From Bacillota bacterium (GTDB taxonomy: Bacteria > Bacillota > SHA-98 > UBA4971), in contig JANLFY010000003.1 of NCBI GenBank assembly GCA_024653485.1, positions 112,686-176,685 on the forward strand: DNA of 64,000 nucleotides. Reading direction: 5' to 3'. Made by a program: the position numbers and the translations under genes. The notes beneath the pieces are model-generated. The model saw nothing but the letters and a program-made list of their open reading frames with translations. It searched no databases and was not told the origin of the DNA. Within the stretch, counting starts at the first letter, position 1, and each line of letters begins with the position of its first letter. Below are positions 1 to 9,770 of the stretch, piece after piece.

Positions 1-662
1 GCCGGAGCCACGCTTGCGGGCATGTGTCTGCTGTGCCTCGCCTTCCTGACGATCACACCCCTGAACACTTCGCTCCTCGCTCCCTCCTCCGCGACTATTG
101 CGTCACGAAGGTTGAACGCCGGGTCAAGGAGGTTATCCAACCCAACCACCTTGGCGGCTTCCACGGCCAGCGCAGCTATGTCCTCATGACCTCTGCCTGC
201 GGTGTTCGCCACGCGTACCAGCCAAGGATCGCAAAGCCCCTGAATCGGTCGGGCGGAACGCTCCAGCGCCTCAATGGCGGCCCTCGCCCCGATCCTCACG
301 CCCTCAATCAGACGCGGCACCGGGACGCCGTCGGCCACCATGTCAAGCCCGGCCTGCACGAGGGCGCTAGCCATGATCGTGGCGGTGGTCGTGCCGTCGC
401 CTATCTCTTCATGCTGAGCCCGGGCGATGTTGATGAGCATCCTCGCGGCGGGATGGGTGGCCTCCATGCGCTCGAGTATGGTCCACCCATCGTTGGTCAC
501 GACCACGTCCCCCAGTCTATCAACGAGCATGGTGTCGAGGCCTTTGGGACCGATCGTTCCCTCGACCGCCGACGCAACCGCTCGAAGCGCGGAAGCATTC
601 GAGAGGAGAGCAGCTATCCTCTCATTCCCGCCGGTGTCGTTCGTCGTGCGCTGTTCGCTCAA
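1..662 (-). CDS. Group II chaperonin (thermosome/TCP-1-like Cpn60), N-terminal part; gene runs off the window edge
   Basis: Manual minus-strand translation from a TTG at 662 with GGAAAGAGGGG RBS gives ...ALRAVASAVEGTIGPKGLDTMLVD...VVTNDGWTILERMEATHPAARMLINIARAQHEEIGDGTTTATIMASAL, matching the thermosome N-terminal equatorial domain motifs (GPKG-D-MLVD; GDGTT ATP site). No ORF appears in the track because it uses a TTG start and is truncated. The plus-strand ORF 24..701 is the antisense artefact. Confidence 0.75.
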   Translation of the reverse strand, partial: MSEQRTTNDTGGNERIAALLSNASALRAVASAVEGTIGPKGLDTMLVDRLGDVVVTNDGWTILERMEATHPAARMLINIARAQHEEIGDGTTTATIMASALVQAGLDMVADGVPVPRLIEGVRIGARAAIEALERSARPIQGLCDPWLVRVANTAGRGHEDIAALAVEAAKVVGLDNLLDPAFNLRDAIVAEEGARSEVFRGVIVRKARHSRHMPASVAP

Positions 663-761
663 GAGAACCCCTCTTTCCCTGAAAGAGTTTCATGGGGCTA
701 AGCTAGCCTTAACCCCATGCGTCGAAGGCCACTGATGGCACTCGGCACCCACCTGGATACG

Positions 762-1811
762 TCACATGACGAGGATTCTCGTGAGGACATCCCCAAGGTT
801 CTCCGCGACGAACTCGACCAGCGCCACCACCCGCGAGTAGTGCATGCGGGTCGGGCCGACGACCCCGAGCGCGCCCATGGGGATGCCCCGGACTTCGTAT
901 GGCGCGCTCACCATGCTGCATGAATTCATGCTTGGATGCCCCGCCTCTCGGCCGATGGTGACCGTTACACCCGTGGCCCCCACAGCGCCGGAGAGAAGTC
1001 CGTGGAGAGCCTCTTCTTCCGCGAGGAACTCCAGCACGGTCCTGGCCTTCGAGACGTCCTGAAACTCGGGCTGTTCGAGGAGGTTCACCTGGCCATCGGC
1101 GTATACCTGTTCCTCACGATTGTCTTCGAGGGACTGAGCGATTGCCTCCATCGTGGCGTCGATGAAGCTGTTGTACTCATCGAGCTCCGCTTTGATCTCG
1201 CGCAGGAGCGATGTTCCGATACGGGAGAGCGGAAGGTTCACCAGCCGCGAATTCAGGAACTCAGCGATGCGAGCGAGTTGGGCGCCGGTCAGAGGATGCC
1301 CCGTGGCGATGAGATGTGTACGCACGAACCCTGGGTCAGTGACCAGCACGACCAGGACGTTTCGCGTGTCCACCGGAAGAATCTCGATGCGTCTGAACAC
1401 CCCGGCCTTCGAGATCGGGGACAGCACGAAGGCGGCGTACCTGGATAGATGCGCCAAAATCCTCGCCGTCTCCTCTATGATGAGGTTGATCTCTCGGCGC
1501 TTTTCGGCCAGAGCCCGCCTGATGCGCCCCCTCTCCTCTTCAGACACGGGCCTCTGCTTCATGATGAAGTCAACGTAGAAACGGTATCCCTTCTCGGAGG
1601 GGATGCGCCCCGAGGAGGTGTGGGGCTGTTCAAGGTAGCCCGACTCCTCCAGGTCCGCCATCTCGTTTCTGATGGTGGCGGGGCTTACGCCCAGGTTGTA
1701 TCTACGGGCGATCGTGCGGGACCCCACCGGTTCCGCAGTATGGATGTAATCGTCGGTGACTGCTTCCAGTATCCGCCTCTTTCTGGCGTCCATGACATGC
1801 TGGAAGCTCAT
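762..1811 (-). CDS. hrcA: Heat-inducible transcription repressor HrcA
   Basis: 349-aa ORF with HrcA features: N-terminal wHTH (ILEAVTDDYIHTAEPVGSRTIARRYNLGVSPATIRNEMADLEESGYL), full length. GGAGG RBS before ATG at 1811. CIRCE lies 30 nt upstream. Confidence 0.9.
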   Translation of the reverse strand: MSFQHVMDARKRRILEAVTDDYIHTAEPVGSRTIARRYNLGVSPATIRNEMADLEESGYLEQPHTSSGRIPSEKGYRFYVDFIMKQRPVSEEERGRIRRALAEKRREINLIIEETARILAHLSRYAAFVLSPISKAGVFRRIEILPVDTRNVLVVLVTDPGFVRTHLIATGHPLTGAQLARIAEFLNSRLVNLPLSRIGTSLLREIKAELDEYNSFIDATMEAIAQSLEDNREEQVYADGQVNLLEQPEFQDVSKARTVLEFLAEEEALHGLLSGAVGATGVTVTIGREAGHPSMNSCSMVSAPYEVRGIPMGALGVVGPTRMHYSRVVALVEFVAENLGDVLTRILVM

Positions 1812-1840
1812 CAGGTTTCCTCCTTATGTCAGCCTTCGCA

Positions 1841-1867
1841 TTAGCACTCGCACCACCTGAGTGCTAA
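1841..1867. promoter_or_regulatory. CIRCE operator (HrcA binding site), perfect inverted repeat TTAGCACTC-N9-GAGTGCTAA
   Basis: Sequence TTAGCACTCGCACCACCTGAGTGCTAA read directly; exact match to CIRCE consensus, immediately upstream of hrcA. Confidence 0.9.
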
Positions 1868-2095
1868 GCCCTCGCGATAAAGATATCACCCTATTTCGCC
1901 CTTTGTCAAGCGAGTTTTCTGCCCCGGTGGCATCGTTGACGAGCTCGCGCTCCTCCAGACCGCGGCGCCCTTGACCTCAGTGGTCCACGTTTGTCGTGGC
2001 ATCGCCCCATCTCACCGCGGCGGACGTCGCGCTTCCGACGCGATTCTATAGCTCCTGTCTCACTTCCGCAGCCTGTCCCCGATAGCAGACCGACG

Positions 2096-2521
2096 CTAGA
2101 GGGCACGCAGAAAGAACGCCGTCAAGCCTAGGATCGCGAGCACCTGGGTGAGAACGCCCCATGGGGGCGCGAGGCGTCCGTGCCTAATCACCCCGCTGTG
2201 ACTGGGAAACACGAGCCGGAGCCGTCCGTGCGGAGTGTACGCTCCGGGGAACACAAACGCCGCGGCGACCTCCAGATCCGGCAGCACGGCCCCCAAGCCG
2301 CCCGCTGTCGCGCGCACGTCCGCGCCCGCAGCCAGAAGGCCGAGGGCTACAAGGAGCGAGCAGGCGACGTCGAGCGCACCCTGAACCGCGCGGCTGTAGT
2401 CCGAGTGAGGCACATAATCCAGCACGGCATGGCTCACCAGCCCTGCCGCCGCCGCGAGAACAGGGCTTGGCGTGGCCACCCCGATGATAGCGCCCGCTAT
2501 GAAATGCGTTGTGCAATACAC
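2096..2521 (-). CDS. Small polytopic membrane protein, possibly DUF457/YdjM-like membrane-bound metal-dependent hydrolase
   Basis: 141-aa hydrophobic ORF with TH..AG and HAVLDYVPH motifs. Weak family assignment by memory only. Confidence 0.35.
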   Translation of the reverse strand: MYCTTHFIAGAIIGVATPSPVLAAAAGLVSHAVLDYVPHSDYSRAVQGALDVACSLLVALGLLAAGADVRATAGGLGAVLPDLEVAAAFVFPGAYTPHGRLRLVFPSHSGVIRHGRLAPPWGVLTQVLAILGLTAFFLRAL

Positions 2522-2548
2522 CCCTCCACTCTCCTCCTTTGAGCGGAA

Positions 2549-3070
2549 TCAGCCCGCGGACCCCTGCGACTCCCTCTGTTCACCAATGGGCGTCGCGATG
2601 ACCCGTTCGCCGCGCGAGACTCCGTCCCCTTCAGCGTCCGGTGCACTCGAGGGCACAACCGGACTCGAGAGCACAACGCGGTCCCCGCCGGAGCTAGAGG
2701 GGTCGCCCAGGCGGCCAAGCCACCCGCCAAAGCGCGTGAGAACCCGTAGCGTCGCTCGAGTAGTGCGCCTTGTGGCTGAAGCCAGCCACCTGGCGCACTC
2801 GCTCGCCGCGAGGAATGCACGGAGTCGGGCTCGCCGCGCGAAGGCAAGCTCATCCTCGATGTCGAGACGGCAGGACTTGCCAAGCAGGAAGACGACGTAT
2901 GCATGACCGTCATTCTCGCGCTCAACGCCAACGCACGGCGCAGGCATGTCCACGCCACGGAGGTCGGCCTCGGCCCGCTGCGCAAGGTTGAGTCCGAGGG
3001 CGACGAGCACGCCGAAAAGGCAGACGAATGCGGCCCAGCTCGCTGTCGCAACGCCGGGGATCCGCCTCAT
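2549..3070 (-). CDS. Hypothetical membrane-anchored protein directly downstream of spoIIP (YqxA-like position)
   Basis: 173-aa ORF with N-terminal TM segment (AAFVCLFGVLVALGL) and 4-nt overlap with the spoIIP stop. Its position matches yqxA in the B. subtilis spoIIP operon, but sequence similarity is not verifiable here. Confidence 0.35.
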   Translation of the reverse strand: MRRIPGVATASWAAFVCLFGVLVALGLNLAQRAEADLRGVDMPAPCVGVERENDGHAYVVFLLGKSCRLDIEDELAFARRARLRAFLAASECARWLASATRRTTRATLRVLTRFGGWLGRLGDPSSSGGDRVVLSSPVVPSSAPDAEGDGVSRGERVIATPIGEQRESQGSAG

Positions 3071-4455
3071 CTCTGGATGTCCTCCAGCACGCAGGCGACC
3101 ACGTCCGCAAGGAGGGTCGCCGCGCGCTCCGCTTCCTGTCTAGTGTTCTGCTCGCACCCGATCTCGAGGATGACTGCCCTGCTGTGGACGTGCTGGTTCC
3201 ACCTGGCGTCGTCCCGCACGTTGATCCCCCTTGAAAGTCCTGGGTACATCTCATCCATTTTCGCGTTGAGATAATACGCAAACGCCAGGTTTTCGCGCCA
3301 ATTCGGGTGGGGGAGTCCGAAGCGGTCCGTCGTGACCACTATGAACACTCTTGCGGCTTTCTGGCCGTCTATCTCCACTGTGGGCGACGCCGAGATCCCT
3401 GCGGTTCCGGCATCCCGGTGAACGTCGAATACCATCTCTATCGTGGGGTGTTCCTTCAGCACGGAGGAAACCGTCTCATGGGAGTTGATGTACGCCTCCC
3501 TCCACACCGGGTAGTCGTGGATCTTCCGCGAGTGGAGCACTGGGATGCCGTACTTCTCCGAAAGCGCCTTGGCGAGCTCCGCGCCCACAGAGATCACGCC
3601 TTCCTCGCTTCCCCACACGTGATCCGCTCCAGAAGTGAGCCTATATGCTTCCGAACTATGTGAGTGGTAGATGAACACCAGGGGCTTACTGCCCCATCCC
3701 CGCGTCTGGGCTCGCAGCCGCGTAGAGCCGCTTTGGTCCGACGGCAGCGGACGCGGAATCACGACGGCCGGCGGCGCAGGTTCTCGTTGCGGCAATGGCG
3801 CCTCGACCCCTCCCGGCGGATCCTCCGGCGTGGTCCCCTCATCTAGACGGCCGGGCTGTTCCCCGGCAGACGACTGTGTGGGGCTGACTGAGCCTCCCGT
3901 GGGCTCGCTCGTCGCAGTGCTCGCTGAGGGCCTCGCTGCAGGGAGGTACCCGGGAATGCCGACGGAAAGAAACGTCCTTGGGTCCTCGAGGTCCGCCGCG
4001 GAGAGCGTCAGCAACAGGGAGAGGAGGCGTGCAGGCATGGGTCCCGAAGACGTTCTCGTTTCTGTCATCCGGACCCGCGCGAACATGGGAATGGCGGTCT
4101 CAACGAGCCCGTAGGGAGCCATGAAGTCAACCGCGGCCCGGGCCTCTCGAACAAGCCTTCGCTCGCCTTCCACCAGGAATCCGCTGAAAGCAGGGAGGAT
4201 CCCTCCACGCCGCGAGCCAGTCCGGACCTCCAAGAGACCGGCCACACCCATGCCGAGGCCCACGAGGAGGACGGCCAAATAGACAAGCGCGGGCCCCCAC
4301 GGGTTCCTGACAGATTGGAACGGAGAACGGCTCCTGCGCGCGCCCCTGCGAATTCGCCAAGACCACCTGCGGCTCCCCCACACCCATCTCATGTCGACGT
4401 ACCTCCGGCCCGGCAACGGGGACCCTTGCCTGTCCAGTCGGCGGTGGGCGGACAT
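3067..4455 (-). CDS. spoIIP: Stage II sporulation protein P (SpoIIP), cell-wall amidase/peptidase
   Basis: C-terminal domain motifs VFIYHSHSSEAY, HDYPVWREAYINSHETV and VFDVHRD are typical of SpoIIP. The true start is probably an internal M, since the N-terminal ~70 aa of the ORF are R-rich. Located downstream of gpr as in Bacillus. Confidence 0.8.
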   Translation of the reverse strand: MSAHRRLDRQGSPLPGRRYVDMRWVWGSRRWSWRIRRGARRSRSPFQSVRNPWGPALVYLAVLLVGLGMGVAGLLEVRTGSRRGGILPAFSGFLVEGERRLVREARAAVDFMAPYGLVETAIPMFARVRMTETRTSSGPMPARLLSLLLTLSAADLEDPRTFLSVGIPGYLPAARPSASTATSEPTGGSVSPTQSSAGEQPGRLDEGTTPEDPPGGVEAPLPQREPAPPAVVIPRPLPSDQSGSTRLRAQTRGWGSKPLVFIYHSHSSEAYRLTSGADHVWGSEEGVISVGAELAKALSEKYGIPVLHSRKIHDYPVWREAYINSHETVSSVLKEHPTIEMVFDVHRDAGTAGISASPTVEIDGQKAARVFIVVTTDRFGLPHPNWRENLAFAYYLNAKMDEMYPGLSRGINVRDDARWNQHVHSRAVILEIGCEQNTRQEAERAATLLADVVACVLEDIQR

Positions 4456-4539
4456 CGCCCATTCCTCGACTCATCTATATGTCGTGGGCGGGCGATCTAG
4501 ACTTGAGCCCCTTCCCCGAAAGGCGCGGCCCCGCAGAGG

Positions 4540-5610
4540 TCACGAGAGGTAGGCCAACACCTTGTCCCAGTCCATGGACGGATGGAGCGCGGCGTTGAGC
4601 CCTGCCGCGACGACCGTGGCGAGGTCTTCCACGAGATCGTCGATCTCCTTGGGCGTCACGACCAGGGATCCAAAGTAAGGTGCGAGCATGCGGGAAAGGA
4701 ACTGCCGCCTCTGGGCCTCCTCCGGGAAGCCTTGACCTGGGCCCGCCCCAGGCGCCCGCCCCTGCCCCTGCACGAAGCCCATGGCGTCGAGGGCTATGGT
4801 CTCCGCGGCCACGACAGTTGGCACACCCACGGCGATCACGGGCACGCCAAGGCTGTCTCTGGTGATCCCGAGGCGCTTGTTCCCCACGCCGGATCCGGGT
4901 CTGATGCCCGTGTCTCCCATCTGAATCGTAGCGCCCAGACGGCTCGTGGACATGGAAGCGAGCGCGTCGACGACCACAACCAGATCCGGCCTCACGTTGC
5001 TTACGACACCCCTTATGATCTCCCCCGTCTCAATCCCGGTGAGCCCGAGCACGCCTGGGGCGATGGCGCACACGGGTCTCATACCGCCCCGTAGCTCAGG
5101 CGGGACGAGGCTGTGCAGGTGCCGTGTGACCGTGAGGTACTGAACCGTGCGCGGTCCGAGGGCGTCAGGTGTGGCCTGCCAGTTGCCCAAGCCGGCTACG
5201 AGCACTGTAGCCTCGGGCGCTATAGGAGCGAGCCTGAGGAACTCCCGGGCGAAGGTTTGAGCGAGGTCTTCCTGCACCTCCTTGCTTTGGCTTCGTAGAT
5301 GTGGAGACTCAATCGTCACGTAGTTGCCGCGCACCTTTCCGAGTGCGCGCTCCGCTTCCTCGGTCATGACTCTCACACGGGTTACCGTAGCGTACCGGGT
5401 TCTCTCCGTCTCCGATAGGACCCCCGGAACCTCCGCGCCCGTCCTCCGCGCGACGAATTCGTGCGCCTCTACCGCGAGGTCTGTCCGGACGCCCGGGGAC
5501 CCCCAGCCAGCTTCAACTTGCCCCGTGCGTGGTTCCGCCTCACGTGCCCTCGGGACCCTGGGGCCGTGTCTCCTTGCCGTTCTCGTCCTGCTTCCACCTG
5601 ATAGTCGCAT
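4540..5610 (-). CDS. gpr: Germination protease (spore endopeptidase Gpr)
   Basis: RTDLAVEAHE...GLGNWQATPDALGP...DTGIRPGSGVGNKR...GVPVIAVGVPTVV aligns along its length with B. subtilis Gpr. The start is likely internal (GTG near 5517), as the first ~30 aa of the ORF are R-rich. Confidence 0.85.
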   Translation of the reverse strand: MRLSGGSRTRTARRHGPRVPRAREAEPRTGQVEAGWGSPGVRTDLAVEAHEFVARRTGAEVPGVLSETERTRYATVTRVRVMTEEAERALGKVRGNYVTIESPHLRSQSKEVQEDLAQTFAREFLRLAPIAPEATVLVAGLGNWQATPDALGPRTVQYLTVTRHLHSLVPPELRGGMRPVCAIAPGVLGLTGIETGEIIRGVVSNVRPDLVVVVDALASMSTSRLGATIQMGDTGIRPGSGVGNKRLGITRDSLGVPVIAVGVPTVVAAETIALDAMGFVQGQGRAPGAGPGQGFPEEAQRRQFLSRMLAPYFGSLVVTPKEIDDLVEDLATVVAAGLNAALHPSMDWDKVLAYLS

Positions 5611-5658
5611 TCGGCATCACTTCCCGCTCTCGTAGTTCGGGTAGGTCTCGTGAGTGGA

Positions 5659-6057
5659 TCACCGCTGCTTCGTTCCGTCCTCCTGCGGGCGAGCTGAATC
5701 CGTTGGTGGCGGCGATTCCACCTGCACCAGGAGATCGGTGAGCCCCACCACTGCTCCAGCGAGGAGAACGCCGCCCACGGGCACGGTCATCCCCGGAACG
5801 AAGAACTGCGTGAAATGGGCTGCCGCAGCGGTCGTCAGGAACCCCACGACCGCCCGACCTTCGTTTCGCAACCGGCGTGCGAAGAGGGTCTCCAAGACGT
5901 ACCCCGCGGCAGCGGCGCATGCGCCAGCCGGAATCGCGCCCGAAAACCCGCCCGCTGCAAAGCCCGGGATTACGTAACTCAGGCATAGGAGGGTGACCGT
6001 GCACGCGAGGAACCTCGCCGCGGCTCCGAACAACACTTCCTCTACCCCCGCACTCAC
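5659..6057 (-). CDS. Possible small hydrophobic membrane protein (hypothetical)
   Basis: 132-aa ORF with protein-like hydrophobic composition in the otherwise long (~640 nt) gpr–rpsT intergenic region. No recognisable family. Confidence 0.3.
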   Translation of the reverse strand: MSAGVEEVLFGAAARFLACTVTLLCLSYVIPGFAAGGFSGAIPAGACAAAAGYVLETLFARRLRNEGRAVVGFLTTAAAAHFTQFFVPGMTVPVGGVLLAGAVVGLTDLLVQVESPPPTDSARPQEDGTKQR

Positions 6058-6255
6058 GGTGCAAGGTGCGCCGGACTCCGTGGTCGTCGCTCGTGTCGTA
6101 TCTTTCCCGATGACGCGTCTTCGTATCCGCCGTGCGGCACCGTACCTGCGGCAAGTCCCACGTTTGCGTCACGTGATCGAGACGTGTTGCAGTCCCGGAC
6201 GGCTCATGGTAGAATTGGTTTCGTGATCGGCCAAGTCGCAAGGAGGTTGAGGTGT

Positions 6256-6534
6256 TTGCCTAACATCAAGTCGGCAGAGAAACGAGTGAAAACCACACGG
6301 GTGCGGACCCTGCGTAACGCCTCCGTGAAGAGCGCCCTGAAGACCGCGGTGAAGAAGTACGAGGCGCAGCTCGCCCAGGCAGATCGGCCGGCGGCCGAGG
6401 CTGCGCTGCGCAAGGCCATAAGCGCCATAGACAAGGCGGAGAAGAAAGGCGTCATTCACAAGAACCAGGCTGCCAGGCGGAAATCCCGCCTGACGAAGAG
6501 CCTGGCTTCACTTACCGGAGCGGCGGAAGCCTAG
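6256..6534 (+). CDS. rpsT: 30S ribosomal protein S20
   Basis: PNIKSAEKRVKTTRVRTLRNASVKSALKTAVKKYE... is typical S20. Probable TTG start at 6256 preceded by AGGAGG; the track ORF starts at an upstream in-frame GTG at 6184. Confidence 0.85.
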   Translation: MPNIKSAEKRVKTTRVRTLRNASVKSALKTAVKKYEAQLAQADRPAAEAALRKAISAIDKAEKKGVIHKNQAARRKSRLTKSLASLTGAAEA

Positions 6535-6715
6535 GCTCTCAGGCACCAACAAGCGGGGTGTCTTGACTAGACGGCCTGGAGGTTGTGCGAGGTCGCGCGT
6601 GTACGGTCGAGCGCTGGGCAGACCGATGCCCGTCAGAGGCACCGAGAGTGGGGGCTTTCGAGGTCTTCCCGGCGCATGGTCGGGTCCCTGAAGCATCAGT
6701 CCCGTGGGCGGCTCG

Positions 6716-7840
6716 TCACGTGGGCTGGCGGCTGGGAACGCTAGGCGCCCTTTCAGCGCACAGCCGGGCGATGAGTCCCTCGATCATCACTCCCTCGGGC
6801 GCGGAGGAGGTCTTGAGACCGACATCCGTCTCAGCAAGGACCTCGAAGGTGTCCTCCAGCTCTTCTCGTGTGAAGTTCCTTGCTTGCCCGACATACTTGC
6901 GCACCATTGAGTCCTGCAGGCGAGTGGCGTCGGCGATCCTCTTGAGAGGTGCGCCCTCCTCTAGCAGGATTCTCGTCCTCAAGATGAGGCGTATCTGTCG
7001 AGCCACCATGGATAGGATACGCGTCGAAGGCTCTCCGAAGCTGAGAAGTCGGCGTGCGGCTGCTATGGCCTTCGCCCCATCCTTCGCTCCCAAAGCGTCC
7101 ACGAGATCGAAAATGCCGAGGGCGGGCTCGCCCGCGGATGCCGCCATGACGTGCTCCAGCGTCACTTTCTGCTGTGGGCGGACGACAGCGCCTCTCGAGC
7201 TCGAGCTCTCAGGGGCTGCTACCCCCGCGTAGTTCCGAGCTTTCTCCATGGCTTCAGCGAGCCTCGCGGCGCTGGTTCCGATCGTCCGTACCAGATAGTC
7301 GCGAGCCTCACGGTCGAGATCGATCCCCTTGTCCCGCGCGTGCCTCGCGAGCCAGGACGCGGCCTCGTTATCGTACAGGGACCGATACCGCACGACCCTT
7401 CCGATCTCTGCGATGGCCCTGCACGCCGTCGTACGTTCGTCGACCGCTTCAGCGACAAGGATGACCACGCTCGTTCGAGGCATTCTGCGCAGAGCCTCCG
7501 CCAACGACTTCTGCTCGTCCGCTGAAAGCTCGTCAAATCCGCGAACCATGACCACGCGCCTCTCAGCAAACGCCGGCGGGGACAATACCGCGGCAACCAC
7601 GGACTCGAGATCTGCCTCGCGGGCCCGGAACACCACGTAATTGAAGTCACGCGTGTCGGGGGCGAGGCACGCGTCTGCAATGGTCCTCGCGGCCTCATCG
7701 CGGAGATACCCCTCTTCACCGTAGAGGAGGTAGACCGGTCTCAGCCTTCCAGACCTTACGTCGGCGGCCAGTTCCCCTGGTCCAGAAGCCACCCTGGAAT
7801 CACCCCGTTTCCATCTGCCCTCGGCCGCGCTGACCTCCAT
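6716..7840 (-). CDS. holA: DNA polymerase III delta subunit (HolA)
   Basis: 374-aa ORF with RPVYLLYGEEGYLRDEAARTIADACL... and the clamp-loader delta architecture. Divergent from rpsT as in B. subtilis. Confidence 0.8.
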   Translation of the reverse strand: MEVSAAEGRWKRGDSRVASGPGELAADVRSGRLRPVYLLYGEEGYLRDEAARTIADACLAPDTRDFNYVVFRAREADLESVVAAVLSPPAFAERRVVMVRGFDELSADEQKSLAEALRRMPRTSVVILVAEAVDERTTACRAIAEIGRVVRYRSLYDNEAASWLARHARDKGIDLDREARDYLVRTIGTSAARLAEAMEKARNYAGVAAPESSSSRGAVVRPQQKVTLEHVMAASAGEPALGIFDLVDALGAKDGAKAIAAARRLLSFGEPSTRILSMVARQIRLILRTRILLEEGAPLKRIADATRLQDSMVRKYVGQARNFTREELEDTFEVLAETDVGLKTSSAPEGVMIEGLIARLCAERAPSVPSRQPT

Positions 7841-7882
7841 AATGCCATCCGGTCGGTGGATCGTCGGTGGGTCGTCGGCGGA

Positions 7883-8767
7883 TCAGCTCTTCAGGCCAGT
7901 GCGCGCGATGCCTTGAATGAACTGCTTCTGCACGAAGAAGAACCCGATCACTACAGGCATTATAGCCATTGTGGATGCTGCCATCAACAGCGTGGGCACG
8001 GTCCCGTGTTCCTGCATGAACGTGGACAACCCCACCTGGATCGTGCGCATCTTGTCGGTGTTCGTCACGATGAGGGGCCATAGAAACGCGTTCCAACTCC
8101 CGATGAACGTGAACAGGCCGCACGTAATGAACACGGGCTTGGAAAGCGGGACTGTGACTCTCCAGAGGTACCCCAAGCGCGAGCATCCGTCTATCTGCGC
8201 CGCATCGTAAAGCTCTCTCGGGATGGTCTGGAAGAACTGCCGCATCAGGAATATGCCAAACACGCTCGCAAGCCACGGCACTATAAGGGCGTAATACGTG
8301 TCTATCCAGTCCAGCCTGAAGAGCAGAACATAGTTGGGGACGAGCGTCATCTGATCGGGGATCATCATGGTCCCCAAGAAGAGAGTGAAAATGACCTCTC
8401 GACCGAAGAAATCCATGGTCGCAAAGGCGTACGCGGCGAGCGCGGAGAACGTGAGCTGGCCGATTGTGGTGGCGGTCGCCACAAACGCGCTGTTGAGGAA
8501 GTACCTCGCGAAGGGCGCCTCGTTCCAGGCGTCCACGTAGTTCGACCACACGAGGCGCGACGGTATCCACCTGATGGGAACCGTGAATACTTCGCTGTAG
8601 TCCTTGAGCGACGTGGATATCATCCAGGCGAATGGGGCAAGCATCACAACCGAGCCTGCCAGGAGAAAAGCATGGATGGCGAAGGATCGTCCCAAGCGCA
8701 CGGCCGCGGCGCGTCTGTCACGTCGTGACCTCGTCCGACGCGGTTTCGTAGTCATGCTCGACCACAA
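7883..8767 (-). CDS. Carbohydrate ABC transporter permease (MalG/UgpE-like)
   Basis: Six-TM permease with the EAA-loop region (YDAAQIDGCSRLGYLWRVTVPL). Confidence 0.8.
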   Translation of the reverse strand: MWSSMTTKPRRTRSRRDRRAAAVRLGRSFAIHAFLLAGSVVMLAPFAWMISTSLKDYSEVFTVPIRWIPSRLVWSNYVDAWNEAPFARYFLNSAFVATATTIGQLTFSALAAYAFATMDFFGREVIFTLFLGTMMIPDQMTLVPNYVLLFRLDWIDTYYALIVPWLASVFGIFLMRQFFQTIPRELYDAAQIDGCSRLGYLWRVTVPLSKPVFITCGLFTFIGSWNAFLWPLIVTNTDKMRTIQVGLSTFMQEHGTVPTLLMAASTMAIMPVVIGFFFVQKQFIQGIARTGLKS

Positions 8768-8783
8768 TGGGCGTGTCCCCTCC

Positions 8784-9770
8784 TTACTGGTAGTGCACCC
8801 GTGAACCTATGTACTTGCGCTGAAGAAGCGTGAGAACGAAGATGATGACGAAAAGCGTGTAGGCCATGGCTGACGCGTACCCCATCTTGAAGTCCTCGAA
8901 CCCGATCTTGTACAGGTAGTACACCACTACGAGAGTGCTCTTCAGCGGCCCTCCTCTCGTCATTACGTATACTTGGCTGAACACCTGGAACGATCCAATG
9001 ACCGACACTATGAGCACGAAGAACGTTGTCGGCGACAGAAGGGGCCAGGTGATGTACCGGAACATCGACCAGCCTTTTGCCCCGTCTATCTGGGCCGCCT
9101 CATAGTACTCACTCGAAATGTTCTGAAGCCCCGCTAGGAATATCACGACGTTGTATCCGAGCCCCTTCCAGATGCTCATGAGGATGATGCACGGCATGGC
9201 CCACCTCGGATCAAGGAGCCACGATTGAATGGGAAGCCCAAGCCTATCAAGGAGGCCGTTCACGAGCCCGGAGTAATCAGGATGGTATATCCAGAACCAG
9301 ACTATGGCCACGGCATTCGCGGCGGTGACGACAGGCAGGAAATACACCGTGCGGTACCACGCGAGCCCTCTGATCTTCTGATTGAGCAGCACAGCCACGA
9401 ACAGCGCCACGGCCATGGACGTCGGGACAGTGCCCAAGACGTAGTACACCGTGTTCACCAGGGACGTCACGAAATCCGAGTCTCTCAGGAGGGCAGCGTA
9501 ATTCGCCAGACCCACGAACTCGGGGTTTGGGCTGATGTAATTCCACTCAAGAAGGCTAACGTAGAACGCGTAGATGACCGGCGCGAAATGGAACGCCACG
9601 AGCACCGCCGTGGCAGGCAGAAGGTACAGGTAAGCGACGAGGGTCTCCCTTAAGTATTTGCTGCGCCTGGCTGAGCCACGTGCCCCGGACCGTGAAACCT
9701 GCAATTGACAGCACCACCTTGATAAGAGTGACCGCCCATCTGGACGAGGTGTCACCGCGACTGGAGCCAA
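8784..9770 (-). CDS. Carbohydrate ABC transporter permease (MalF/UgpA-like)
   Basis: Permease with EAAQIDGAKGWSMFRYITWPLL motif. The start is probably internal, since the ORF's 5' end overlaps the upstream gene. Confidence 0.8.
   Translation of the reverse strand: MAPVAVTPRPDGRSLLSRWCCQLQVSRSGARGSARRSKYLRETLVAYLYLLPATAVLVAFHFAPVIYAFYVSLLEWNYISPNPEFVGLANYAALLRDSDFVTSLVNTVYYVLGTVPTSMAVALFVAVLLNQKIRGLAWYRTVYFLPVVTAANAVAIVWFWIYHPDYSGLVNGLLDRLGLPIQSWLLDPRWAMPCIILMSIWKGLGYNVVIFLAGLQNISSEYYEAAQIDGAKGWSMFRYITWPLLSPTTFFVLIVSVIGSFQVFSQVYVMTRGGPLKSTLVVVYYLYKIGFEDFKMGYASAMAYTLFVIIFVLTLLQRKYIGSRVHYQ

Noticed and set aside
24-701. 225-aa plus-strand ORF at the window start
   Set aside because: R/G/H/P-rich, non-protein-like composition. 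It lies exactly antisense to the clearly conserved group II chaperonin reading frame, a typical high-GC antisense artefact.
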